Source of the DNA: Paraspadella gotoi
Lineage: Eukaryota > Animalia > Chaetognatha
DNA: 64,000 nucleotides
NCBI GenBank assembly: GCA_051294375.1
Contig: CM119267.1
Span: forward strand, 3,270,593-3,334,592
Direction of reading: 5' to 3'
Shown here: positions 14,501-26,664 of the stretch, one piece after another
Layout of the letters: each line of letters begins with the position of its first letter
Position numbering within the stretch: the stretch's first letter is position 1
Notes under the pieces: generated by a model
Seen by the model: only the letters and a program-made list of their open reading frames with translations
Told to the model about the DNA's origin: nothing
Database searches by the model: none
Translations under genes and position numbers: made by a program

Positions 14501-16949
14501 GAGAGAGAGCTGTGAGTTTTCCGATAACCTGCGAAGGAAAACGGATGAGATGAGATGAGATGAGATGACTCACATATATTAATTTGACTCGGGAGGATCA
14601 GTCTCAACCGTCAGAAAGAAAATCAGAGACTCAAAAATTAGTTAAACTGTTTAACAACGTAATCAAAGTTAAGATCTAAAAATGGTTAAGTTTTAAGTCG
14701 AGAATTCCAACACCCTCAGGCCGCCCGGGTTCGCCTCATTTCCGTCGCCGATCGAACTTCGCAACGACGGAGAGAATCAAGTCGTCTTCTGCTCCAAGAT
14801 CCCGTTAGACCGAGACTGTCGGGGTAAGTCGAAGATCTTATTCGGGCAGAGATTGCCAGGGTAAGTGAATCCGAGGGGGAAGTCGAAACGGAGACAGTGG
14901 AGGGCGAGTTGTGGCTGGAATTTCGAAGGTAGCCGCCTTTTTATTCTTAAATTCTGAATTAGGTTAATCTTTTTTGAATTAAAGATTAGGTCAAAGATTA
15001 GGGTTAAAGATTAGGTCATGGAATATGAATTAGGTTAATATTTTTTGAATTAAAGATTAGGTCAAATATTAGGGTTAAGGATTAAGTTATGGAATATGAA
15101 TTAGGTTAATCTTTTTTGAATTAAAGATTAGGTCAAATATTAGGGTTAAGGATTAAGTTATGGAATATGAATTAGGTTAGTGATAAACATTAAGGACTTG
15201 GTTCGAGGTTAGATTTTTTTTTTTAATAAATTTAGGTTAAGTATTAAGGTTAAAATTAAATTCTGGGCAAAACGAAACAGAAATAGGGCGCCCTCGGAAA
15301 AGAGAGCCCATTACTCAATGAGTTAACGGGGGTAAGTTAAGGCAGGGAAACTACTTGTGAAACGATTCTTCGCCTTCCCACCCGTCGCCCCCCCCTAAAG
15401 ACTGCGACGCCTACCACGTGGAACTCGATGACGCCGTTCGCGTCGTCAGGTGGCGCTTTCAAATACTCGACGTCAACGACAACGCGCCGGAATTGGCGTC
15501 GTCGCCGGAAGTAGGCGTGGCTCACGGCGCCGACGCTTTTCGTCTCGTGGTTCGCGACGCCGACCAAGGGGACAACGCCCGCGTCGCCGTGGAAATATTG
15601 GAGGCGTGGAAGCGGCGGTCGGTTGCGGCGGCGGCGGAAGAGGAGGAGGAGGAGCAATGCGATAGAAAGACGAGAGAATTCAGGATCGCGGAAAAGTGAG
15701 TTTTGTGGAAGAGAGTGAGGAAATACCGAGTTTATATTTAAAACGAAAAAATGGATAGTTAAAGGGGAATAGTCATTATGACTCATCGAATAAGGCTATT
15801 TCTTCCATCAGCGACGTAATAGTGCAATGGGCGAACGCTTGATATCTTCGTAGCTTTGATAGGAACGATCTTTACAAAACAGTGACAGTTCGGTACCAAG
15901 TAGCAATAATCTTCCCTAACCCCTGGGCGCAGTAAGTGAGAGGGCTATTCAGTATCCAGTATCCAGTATCCACGCCGTGGTAGCGGCATGGCGACCGCAA
16001 ACCACTCTCCTGCCCTCTCGGTCGCTTTATGGCCAGTGGCCATTGGCCACGTTATTAAATGAGATAAGGACCCAGGATTAAAAAGATACATTTAATACGG
16101 TTAATACATTTAATACAACGTCCTTATGGCGATAAAAAAAAATAACAAAAGCTCACACTAACGCTAGCGCTGGGTAATGAACCTCATGAAGAACCAAATG
16201 AATATTCATCCGATTATTTTTGGTTCTTCACTATGAGAAAAAACTTTCTTTCTCCTCTCCCATCTATCCTTCTTTCCTTCTATCCTCTTTCCTCTATCCT
16301 CCCTTCCTCTCTTTTCNNNNNNNNNNNNNNNNNNNNNNNNNNNNNNNNNNNNNNNNNNNNNNNNNNNNNNNNNNNNNNNNNNNNNNNNNNNNNNNNNNNN
16401 NNNNNNNNNNNNNNNNNNNNNNNNNNNNNNNNNNNNNNNNNNNNNNNNNNNNNNNNNNNNNNNNNNNNNNNNNNNNNNNNNNNNNNNNNNNNNNNNNNNN
16501 NNNNNNNNNNNNNNNNNNNNNNNNNNNNNNNNNNNNNNNNNNNNNNNNNNNNNNNNNNNNNNNNNNNNNNNNNNNNNNNNNNNNNNNNNNNNNNNNNNNN
16601 NNNNNNNNNNNNNNNNNNNNNNNNNNNNNNNNNNNNNNNNNNNNNNNNNNNNNNNNNNNNNNNNNNNNNNNNNNNNNNNNNNNNNNNNNNNNNNNNNNNN
16701 NNNNNNNNNNNNNNNNNNNNNNNNNNNNNNNNNNNNNNNNNNNNNNNNNNNNNNNNNNNNNNNNNNNNNNNNNNNNNNNNNNNNNNNNNNNNNNNNNNNN
16801 NNNNNNNNNNNNNNNNNNNNNNNNNNNNNNNNNNNNNNNNNNNNNNNNNNNNNNNNNNNNNNNNNNNNNNNNNNNNNNNTCCCTTTCGATTTTATCGATT
16901 TCGCTTCCGAGGTCATCTGGGCCACTCAATAAAGAGAGGCCTCTTCGTT

Positions 16950-16990
<41 letters not shown>

Positions 16991-19007
16991 ATTCACTTAC
17001 CCGAATATGAGATTTTTTTTTCTTTTTCTGATCTCACTTTCCCCGAGGGAAGGTCGGCGGCCTTTTTGAAGCCATGAATTCCGTGATCAGAAATAAGTTG
17101 ATACTTTTTTTTTTTGTAGTTGGTTTAACTTCAAATAATTTTTTTAAGACGAGAAAATAAATATTAAACTTCTTCATTGACAAAGAACTACTCTGGGAGC
17201 AAATGTAGCGGAGTAATTTGTGATTGAGATTAAGATTTAGGAACTCAATCTCATTTGCATATTGTAGTAGTTATGATCATTTTTTATAGTTTTTTATATT
17301 GTTTCTTGTTTTACTTGTTTTACTTGTTTATTTTGTCTTGTTTTAAAATTCCCCCCTGGTCGAGTAGAGAGCCTTAATTGAAACCTTGCAGGGTCCTGCT
17401 ATTTTCCGCTAGATGTCTCAACCCACGATAGCCGATCCAAAGTCAAAAGCCAAGATAGCATATTTATCAAATGAATAGTAGATCACTTTCCTGTTTCATG
17501 TTTCCTGTTTCCTCTTTCAGGCAACGTATCATCTAAGTAGACAGGGATTTCTATACGAAACCAAAGTGGAATTTTAATCTCAGAAAATAGTCAGTAAACA
17601 AGACGGTGTCAATTATATATATATATATATGAAGAGGGACGATCGAAAAAGAGGGAAGGAGACGCCAGGGACCCACTGTTTGTTAGGGGGGGGGGGACGG
17701 AAGGGGGGGACGGATATATATATATATATATTAATTGACACCGTCTTTGTTACTGACTATTTTCTGAGAATTAAAAATTCCACTTTGGTTTCGTCATAGA
17801 AATCCCTGTCTATGCTTACTATCTAGGGAAAAAAGTTAGAAAACATTTCTTTTTAAAAGTTCATTTATTCAATAAAAAATATACAAAACATGCGGTAAAA
17901 CACTTCAATATTGGTATGCCCTCCCTCGGCATCGACCACTGCCTGCATTTGTCTGGCATGCTCTCGTAAAGCTGACACACCAAATGTTTTTGATTTGTTG
18001 TATCGCCGTAAAAAATTGCAATGGTGGAACGAGGGATTCCAAGTCTTATTGCTGATGAATTGTTGCGGTCTTTCCCTCTTTTCTTCAGCAGCTACAAATT
18101 GCACTTTATGAACCCCAAAGAGAGGGGCTGTCTATTCGGCATAACCAAATTTTAAAAAAATGGAAAAAAATAACTAACTCAATTTGAAATAGAAACAAAT
18201 AACTCAATACCAAGAATTTTGTGAAGAACTAAAGGCGATTTTTTCCGCCATTTTTCACTTGACGGTAGCACAATCTTATTTGCCTCTAACTTCTATACGG
18301 TTGGATCTACGAAAAAAATGGAAGGAGAGCAACTGAAAGGAAATTTAGTGTAGAATCTGAAACATCCTGATTTTTTAAAAAATCGAGCAAGTTTTACGAG
18401 TAGATATCCTCCAATTAAAAATGTTTTCTAACTTTTTTCCTAGATAGTACTTAGATGATACGTTGCCATGAAAAGAGGAAACAGGAAACATGAAACAGGA
18501 AGTGATCTACTATTCATTTGATAAATATTGCTATCTTGGCTTGACTTTGGATCGGCTATCGTGGGTTGAGACATCTAGCGGAAAATAGCAGGACCCTGCA
18601 AGGTTTCAATTAAGGCTCTCTACTCGACCAGGGTGGAATTTTAAACAAGACAAAATAAACAAGTAAAACAAGGTAAAACAAGAAACAATATAAAAACTAT
18701 AAAAAATGATCATAAACTACTACAATATGCAAATGATGATTAGTTCCTAAATCTTAATCTCAATCACAAATTACTCCGCTACATTTGCTCCCAGAGTAGT
18801 TCTTTGTCAATTGAAGAAGTTTAATATTTATTTTCTCCGTCTTAAAAAAATTATTTGAAGTTTAAACCAACTACAAAAAAAAAAAAGTATCCACTTATTT
18901 CTGATCACGGGGAATTCATGGCTTCCAAAAAGGCCGCCGACTTCCCTCGGACAGTGAGATCAGAAAAAAAGAAAAAAAAATCTCATATTCGGGTAAGTGA
19001 ATACGAC

Positions 19008-19054
<47 letters not shown>

Positions 19055-19126
19055 AACGAAGAGGCCTCTCCTTTATTGAGTGGCCCAGATACCTCGAAGC
19101 GAAATCGATAAAATCGAAAGGGAAGA

Positions 19127-19165
<39 letters not shown>

Positions 19166-21451
19166 GGGAGAAGAATAGGTGAGCGCGTCAGAGAGGAAAG
19201 GGGGGGAGAGAGAGAAAGATAGGAAAGGGGGAGGGAGGAGAGAGGGGCGAATCGAGGCACAGGCTAGAGAGGAGAGGGAGGAAAGATAGAGAAAAGAGAG
19301 GAAGGGAGGAAAGAGCAAAGAGAGGGAAAAAGAGAAGAGAGGATAGAGAAAGAGAGAAGGGAGGATAGAGGAAAGAGGATAGAAAGAAAGAGGATGGATG
19401 GGAGAGGAGAAAGATAGGAAAGGGAGGAGAGAGGGGTGAGAGGCGATAGCTAGAAGAGGGGAGGGCAGGGAGGGAAGATAGAGAAAAGAGAGGAAGGGAG
19501 GATAGAGGAAAGAGGATAGAAGAAAAAGAAGGATGGATGGGAGAGGAAGAAAGATAGGAAAGGGAAGGAGAGAGGGGTGAGAGGGCATAGGCTAGAGAGG
19601 GGAGGGCAGGGAGGGAAGATAGAGAAAAGAGAGGAAGGGAGGATAGAGGAAAGGAGGATAGAAGGAAAGAAGGATAGATGGGAGAGGAGAAAGAAAGTTT
19701 TTTCTCATAGTGAAGAACCAAAATAATCGGATGAATATTCATTTGGTTCTTCATGAGGTTCATTACCAGCGCTAGCGTTAGTGTGAGCTTTTGTTATTTT
19801 TTTTTATCGCCATAAGGACGTTGTATTAAATTGTATTAACCGTATTAAAATGTATCTTTTAATCCTGGGTCCTTATCTCATTTCAATAACGTGGCCAATG
19901 GCCACTGGCCATAAAGCGACCGAGAGGGCAGGAGAGTGGTTTGCGGTCGCCATGCCGCTACCACGGCGTGGATACTGGATACTGGATACTGAATAGCCCT
20001 CTCACTTACTGCGCCCAGGGGTTAGGGAAGATTTATTGCTACTTGGTACCGAACTGTCACTGTTTGTAAAGATCGTTCCTATCCAAGCTACGAAGGATAT
20101 CAAAGCGTTCGCCCATTGCACTATTACGTCGCTGATGGAAGAAATAGCCTTATTCGAATGAGTCATAATGATATTCCCCTTTAACTATCCATTTTTTCGT
20201 TTTAAATAATAAACTCGGTTTTCCTCACTCTCTTCACAAAACTCACTTTTCCGCGATCCTGAATTCTTCTTCGTCTTTCTATCGCATTGCTCCTCCTCCT
20301 TCTCTTCCGCCGCCGCCGCAACCGACCGCCGCCTTCCACGCCTCCAATATTTCCACGCGACGCGGGCGTTTTGTCCCCTTGGTCGGCGTCGCGAACCACG
20401 AGACGAAAAGCGTCGGCGCCGTGAGCCACGCCTACTTCCGGCGACGACACCGCCAATTCCGGCGCGTTGTCGTTACGTCGAGTATTTGAAAGCTCCCACC
20501 TGACGACGCGAACGGCGTCATCGAGTTCCACGTTGGTAGGCGTCGCAGTCTTTTAGGGGGGGCGACGGTGGGAAGGCGAAGAATGTTTCACAAGTAGTTT
20601 CCCTGCCTTAACTTACCCCGTTAACTCATTGAGTAATGGGCTCTTCTTTTCCGAGGGCGCCCTATTTCTGTTTCGTTTTGCCAGAATTTAATTTTAACCT
20701 TAATACTTAAACCTTAAATTTATTAAAAAAAAAAATCTAACCTCGAACCAAGTCCTTAATGTTTATCACTAACCCTAATTCATATTCCATAACTTAATCT
20801 AACCCTAAATATTTGACCTAATCTTATAATTCAAAAAAAGATTAACCTAATTCATATTCCATAACTTAATCCTTAACCCTAATATTTGACCTAATCTTAA
20901 TTTAAAAAATATTAACCTAATTCATATTCCATGACCTAATCTTTAACCCTAATCTTTTGACCTAATCTTTAATTCAAAAAAGATTAACCTAATTCAGAAT
21001 TTAAGATAAAAAGGCGGCTACCTTCGAAATTCCAGCCAACAACTCGACCCTCCACTGTCTCCGTTTCGACTTCCCCCCTCGGATTCACTTAACCCTGGCA
21101 ATCTCTGGCCCGAATAAGATCTTCGACTTACCCCGACCAGTCTCGGTCTAAACGGGATCTTTGGAGCAGAAGACGACTTGATTCTACTCCGTTCGTTGCG
21201 AAGTTCATCGGCGACGGAAATGAGGCGAACCCCGGGCGGCCTGAGGGTGTTGGAATTCTTCCACTTAAAACTAACCATTTTAGATCTTAACTTTGATTAC
21301 GTTGTTAAACAGTTTAACTAATTTTTTGAGTCTTGATTTTCTTTCTGAACGGTTGAGACTGATCCTCCCGAGTCAAAATTAATATATGTGAGTCATCTCA
21401 TCTCATCTCATCTCATCCGTTTTCCTTCGCAAGGTTATCGGAAAACTCACA

Positions 21452-21508
<57 letters not shown>

Positions 21509-21519
21509 CTTCTCATCTC

Positions 21520-21587
<68 letters not shown>

Positions 21588-23030
21588 CTCCAGAAGAGAC
21601 AAGAATGAAATGAAAGAAAGTCTTTTTCCGATGTAAATGGTGTTTTATTTCTCTGCTCGTCTTGGGCGCGGAGGGAGCAGGGCGTGAGCATGGCCAGGGC
21701 GTCGGGCCGTATCGAGGTGGCAAGACATGGTGGAGCCGTGGCGGTGGCGGTGAGCGAGGGGCGGGACATGGTGTAGGCGTTGCAAGCGAATGGCGATTGA
21801 CATGGTTGGTATAGGAGATTCGGCAAGGTGTGGGGCCGGGACATGGTCGGCGTGACATGTCGACATGTTGGTATCAGGAAGGTTACGTAGAAAGAAATGG
21901 TACAGGCGAGGGAAACGAGGGGGCATGGTCGAGGGAAAACGAGGCATGGTTGAGGGTGAGCGGAGCCACGACTGAAACCGGAAACGCGATTCAGGGTTTT
22001 TAAGGAAACGATTATTGTCACGAGTGGATCATGTGCGGGAGGTGGCGCATTGATGGCAAATGAGATGGCAGAGGATCCAAAAGTCGCTTATGAGATGGTA
22101 GAGAATCAAAAGTGTGCTAATGAGATGGCAAAGGATCAAAAGTGGCTAATGAGATGGCAGAGGATCAAAAGTGGCTAATGAGGATGGGCAGAGGATCAAA
22201 AAGTGGCTAATGAGATGGCAGAGAATCAAAAAGTGGGCTAATGACTGATTGGTAGAGGATCAAAAAGTGCTAATGAAGATGGCAGAGGATCAAAAGTGGC
22301 TAATGAGATGGCAGGGAAGGATCAAAAGTGGCTAATGAGATGAGAGGATTCAAAATGGCTAATGAGATGGCAGAGGATCAAAAGTGGCTAATGGATGGCA
22401 GAGGATTCAAAAGTGGCTAATGAGATGCAGAGAACAAAAAGGGGCTAATGACAGAATGGACAGAGGATCAAAAGTGCCTAATGTGATTCCAATTTCTCTC
22501 ACTCAGGTGGTGGTGACTTTGACGAGCGTCGATGTTCTTTTGTTCCAGTTTTTTTCGAATCCGACTCTCGGGATGACTCGACACTCTCCGCTCGGCGGCG
22601 CGACGTCGTCTCTTCCACGGTCGTACGTATGACGGTGAACGATGCGCTTCTGTATTCAAAAACAAAATATCAATTTGTGATGTTGGCATATAAATTATAA
22701 TTGTTGATTATGAGGATTTAATATATAAATTATTTCGGATGATTTAGGATAGCGAGAGAAATAACTTACATCTCTTTAGTGCGAGTCCGTCGGGCAGCGA
22801 ACCGCACCTAAAAAGTAATTAGGCAAAAAAAGATTAATAATTACAAACATGAGGAAATGAGTTTTCAAATTTTAATTTTATTTCTCCTGTCTTCTCTGTT
22901 GAGCGCTCATTTTCCGGTCATTTTTTTATTATAAACGAAAAAGAAAGGATTACTTCATATTATAAATCTTTATAAAGTAATATTTTCAACTCGCCTCCCC
23001 CTTTCCCTCTTTTCTCTCTCTCTTCTCTCT

Positions 23031-23097
<67 letters not shown>

Positions 23098-24185
23098 ATT
23101 AAAACCCCCATTGTTCTCCGTCAAAAAATGAAAAATCGCGACTCGTGGATTCCTTACCGTTTCGTTTCCGGATCGAAACGGCGTCGCGACGCGTGTCGTT
23201 TGACGCCGGATTTTGTCGGCGCCATTTGACGCCGGATTTCGTCAGCGCGCTCTATCGGCGCTTTTCCCGTCGATTCAAGGACTTGGCGAATTATAAATCT
23301 GTCACGGAAGAAGTTGAGAGACGAAGAGAGAGAGAAGAAAGAGAGAGAGAGAGAGAGAGAGATACGAGAGATGAGAGAGAGAGAGAGAGAAGATGAGATG
23401 AGAGAGAGAGAGAGAAGAGAAGAGAGGAGGCAGTTTTAAAATCCTATTGATCAGCTGCCAAAAAGTTCGAGGAAAAATGAAGAGAAAATCTTTAGAAAAA
23501 AAAAACAGTTTTTTTGCGACCATCGCTCCACTCTCCCAGGGGAGTGAGGAGTTAGGGAAACCTTAATCGCGTGGTCGGTCGCTCTCTTCTCAGACTTTGT
23601 ATATCTTCGAGTTTCCGGTTTTAAGTTGTCTCCCGGTTTGACGAGTTGTGCATGGTTACGACTTCAACAACACCAATTTGAGTTTTCCCAAATTCGTTTT
23701 CGACGTCAGCCTTTTTTGTTTGTTGTGTTGTTTGTTGTGTTATCTGCCTCTCTTTTNNNNNNNNNNNNNNNNNNNNNNNNNTCCTCTGCGTCCCCCGCAG
23801 CCGACGCCGCTCCAGACTCCGCCGCAGCAGCTAACGCCTCCTCCTCCTCCTTCGTCGGGTCGACGTGGAACGCGGACTTTCGGTTCGCGAATTCGAATCG
23901 AGTCTTCGATTTCGTCCGCGACGCGACTCATTATAAACTGAGGCTCAGGATACGGGACAATCCAGGGGCGGAGGGGTCGCTGGAAAAGAGTAAGGCGGAA
24001 TTTTTGATTCGAGTTTGATTTGGATTTGGATTTGGATTTGATTTGGATTTGGATTTGGATTTGTATTTGATTTGGATTTGATTTGATTTGATTTGATTTG
24101 ATTTGATTTGATTTGATTTGATTTGATTGGATTTATATTTGATTGAATTTATATTTGATTGGATTGATTGATTGATTGATTGATG

Positions 24186-24217
<32 letters not shown>

Positions 24218-24782
24218 TATTTATTGATTGATTTATTTATTTATTTTTTTAATTTATTTATTTATTTTTTAGAAATTATTTTTAAAATTATTAATAAATT
24301 AATTAATTATTATTCAATGAATGAATTAATTAATTAATTATTAATGAATGAATTGATTAATTCATTAATAATTAATTAATTAGAATAGTTTAATTAATTT
24401 CATTAATTTGATTGGTTGATCGAATGATTGTCTGATTATCTTATTCTTTTGATTGATTTGATACGATTGATTGATTTGATTGAATTCTCCAATCCTTCAG
24501 TCGTCAACGTGACCGTCGTCGTTCGCTACTCCGAATCCCCGCGATGTCGAGGATTCCGATTTCCGCTTCGAGTGACGGAGCACGCCGCCGACGCCGTCTT
24601 CGTCCCGCGCTGGACGCGCCCACCGGAGGCGCTGCTGGGATCCAGGTGACGCCGACAATTTTTTTTTTATTTCAAGTCTTTCAAGAACTGACTTCGGAAT
24701 TCCGAAATCATTTTTTACTTTATTTTTCTTTCTTTCTCTCTCTCCTCTCCTCCTCTCATTCTCTCTCTCTCTCTCTCTCTCT

Positions 24783-24831
<49 letters not shown>

Positions 24832-25086
24832 CTCTCTCATCTTCCTCGTCGTAAGGGACGTGATTTGAATATATTTCTTCGTTTGTACTCAAAGCAAAAA
24901 AAAAAAAGAATGTTTTTCTCTTCTTTTTTTCTTTCTTTTTCTTTTTTCATTCTCCCCTACAAGTTACCACACCTACAACATAACTCTTTCTAGTTGGTCG
25001 TTCCTTTTCTTCCATTCGTGATTCACTGGCGTTACTTTTTCGTGGGGAGAGAGAGAGAGAGGAAGAGAGAGAGAGAGAGAGAGAGA

Positions 25087-25126
<40 letters not shown>

Positions 25127-25316
25127 AAGAGAGGAAGAGAGAGAGAGGAGAGAGAGAGAGAGTTGACAGAGAAGGAAAGAGAGAGAGAGTCGTGTACAGA
25201 CAGTCAGATCTTCCATTTTTTGCCACCTCTCCCTGAGTATTCGAAGACTCGGGAAGCGTTTTCCTTATTCGTTATTCAAAACATTTCCTGAGAAAATTCT
25301 CTAACCTTCGTTTCTC

Positions 25317-25358
<42 letters not shown>

Positions 25359-25364
25359 TCTCTC

Positions 25365-25397
<33 letters not shown>

Positions 25398-25636
25398 TCT
25401 CTCTCCCTTCGACCGGCAAAGCGCGCTGACACGTAGTGCAACCGCGAGCGACGCCAGTTCCGGACCTCCGAGCGCGCGTGCGACCTGCATCGACTGTGCC
25501 CGGACCGAAGGTGGAGAATAACTGTACGGACGGTGGCGCCCGTACTTCCGGTAAGCTGAAAAGTATTTATTTTACTTTTTATTACTTTCATAAAAAAAAT
25601 TCTTAAAAACAAATAATAGCAAATCCTTATTCCTCG

Positions 25637-25682
<46 letters not shown>

Positions 25683-26622
25683 CAAATTAATGCTTAAAAT
25701 TCGATAGTGGATAGTTTTTAGGCAATTTTATTAGAATTCTATTGAAATAAAATCAATTTTAAACTCATATCTAATATGTAATTTGTAATTTGTATTTTTA
25801 TCTTTATTATATGATAGTTTAACTCATAAGGCAAAACGGTATCTAAGCTTGCGATGGAATTTCCCTCTGAGAACCATTATTATTGATTAAATATTGTCTA
25901 TAAATATTAACTTATCCTTCACTCTCTAGTCGGAAGTCTTCCTAGTGGCCAACAACGAGCTGTTCGTCAACCCAGGCGCCAAGAGCCTCTTGGATTTCGA
26001 GACATCGCAGGTCTTCGAGTTGCTCGTCCGCGTAGAAGACGAAACCAATGGAATCAACTACGAGGAGGTGAGTTAGAGTTAAGGGCTTCATTTCTAGTTA
26101 TATTTTTCTATTTATATGAATGATTTTATCTTCTTTTTTTTTGCTATCCAATTATAATTGCTACTAAACATTAGACAGTTGTGTAATTACTAAAATTATT
26201 ATTGTAATCAAAAATATTTTTTTACGAAATACTATTTCATGTTTAATGCAGAGTCGAAATAAAAGTAAACTGTTTTAAAGCCTAATAACAAGTACTATTT
26301 AATATTTATATATATATAATATATATATATTTATCAGACGTTAAGCGTTGAATTGGAAGACGTCAACGACAACGCGCCTCACCTTTTTAACGAAACCGTC
26401 GAATACCGACCTTTGGGTAAGTTAAAACTCAACCAATTAAGTTTTATTTTATTTCATAATAAAAATTAAACAATTAATTGATAAACTATCGATCTAGCAA
26501 TTAATTTTCTTCCTCTTCCGCCAGGGGCGCTGCTCACCGCCGCCGACGCCGACGCCATCGACGCGGCGTCTCTGACATTCTCACTTCCGGAGTCGGAGCG
26601 AAGATTCCACGCGAGGCCGAGG

Positions 26623-26664
<42 letters not shown>

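Larger units (their letters stand above)
11200..23756. repeat. ~6-kb inverted duplication (arms ~11200-17630 and ~17714-23756), probably assembly artefact
   Basis: Right arm is the reverse complement of the left (e.g. exon 15401-15695 reappears at ~20245-20550 with indels). Centre is (AT)n - 83-bp spacer - (AT)n; right arm ends at a 25-N gap. Confidence 0.95.

Noticed and set aside
6711-17077. Long ORFs full of X
   Set aside because: They merely span N gaps.
17631-17713. Sequencing adapter at the inversion centre
   Set aside because: Does not match the PacBio SMRTbell adapter as I recall it; origin unresolved.
19070-19765. Leu/Ser/Pro-rich ORFs
   Set aside because: Polypurine tandem repeat (corresponds to the N gap at 16317-16879).
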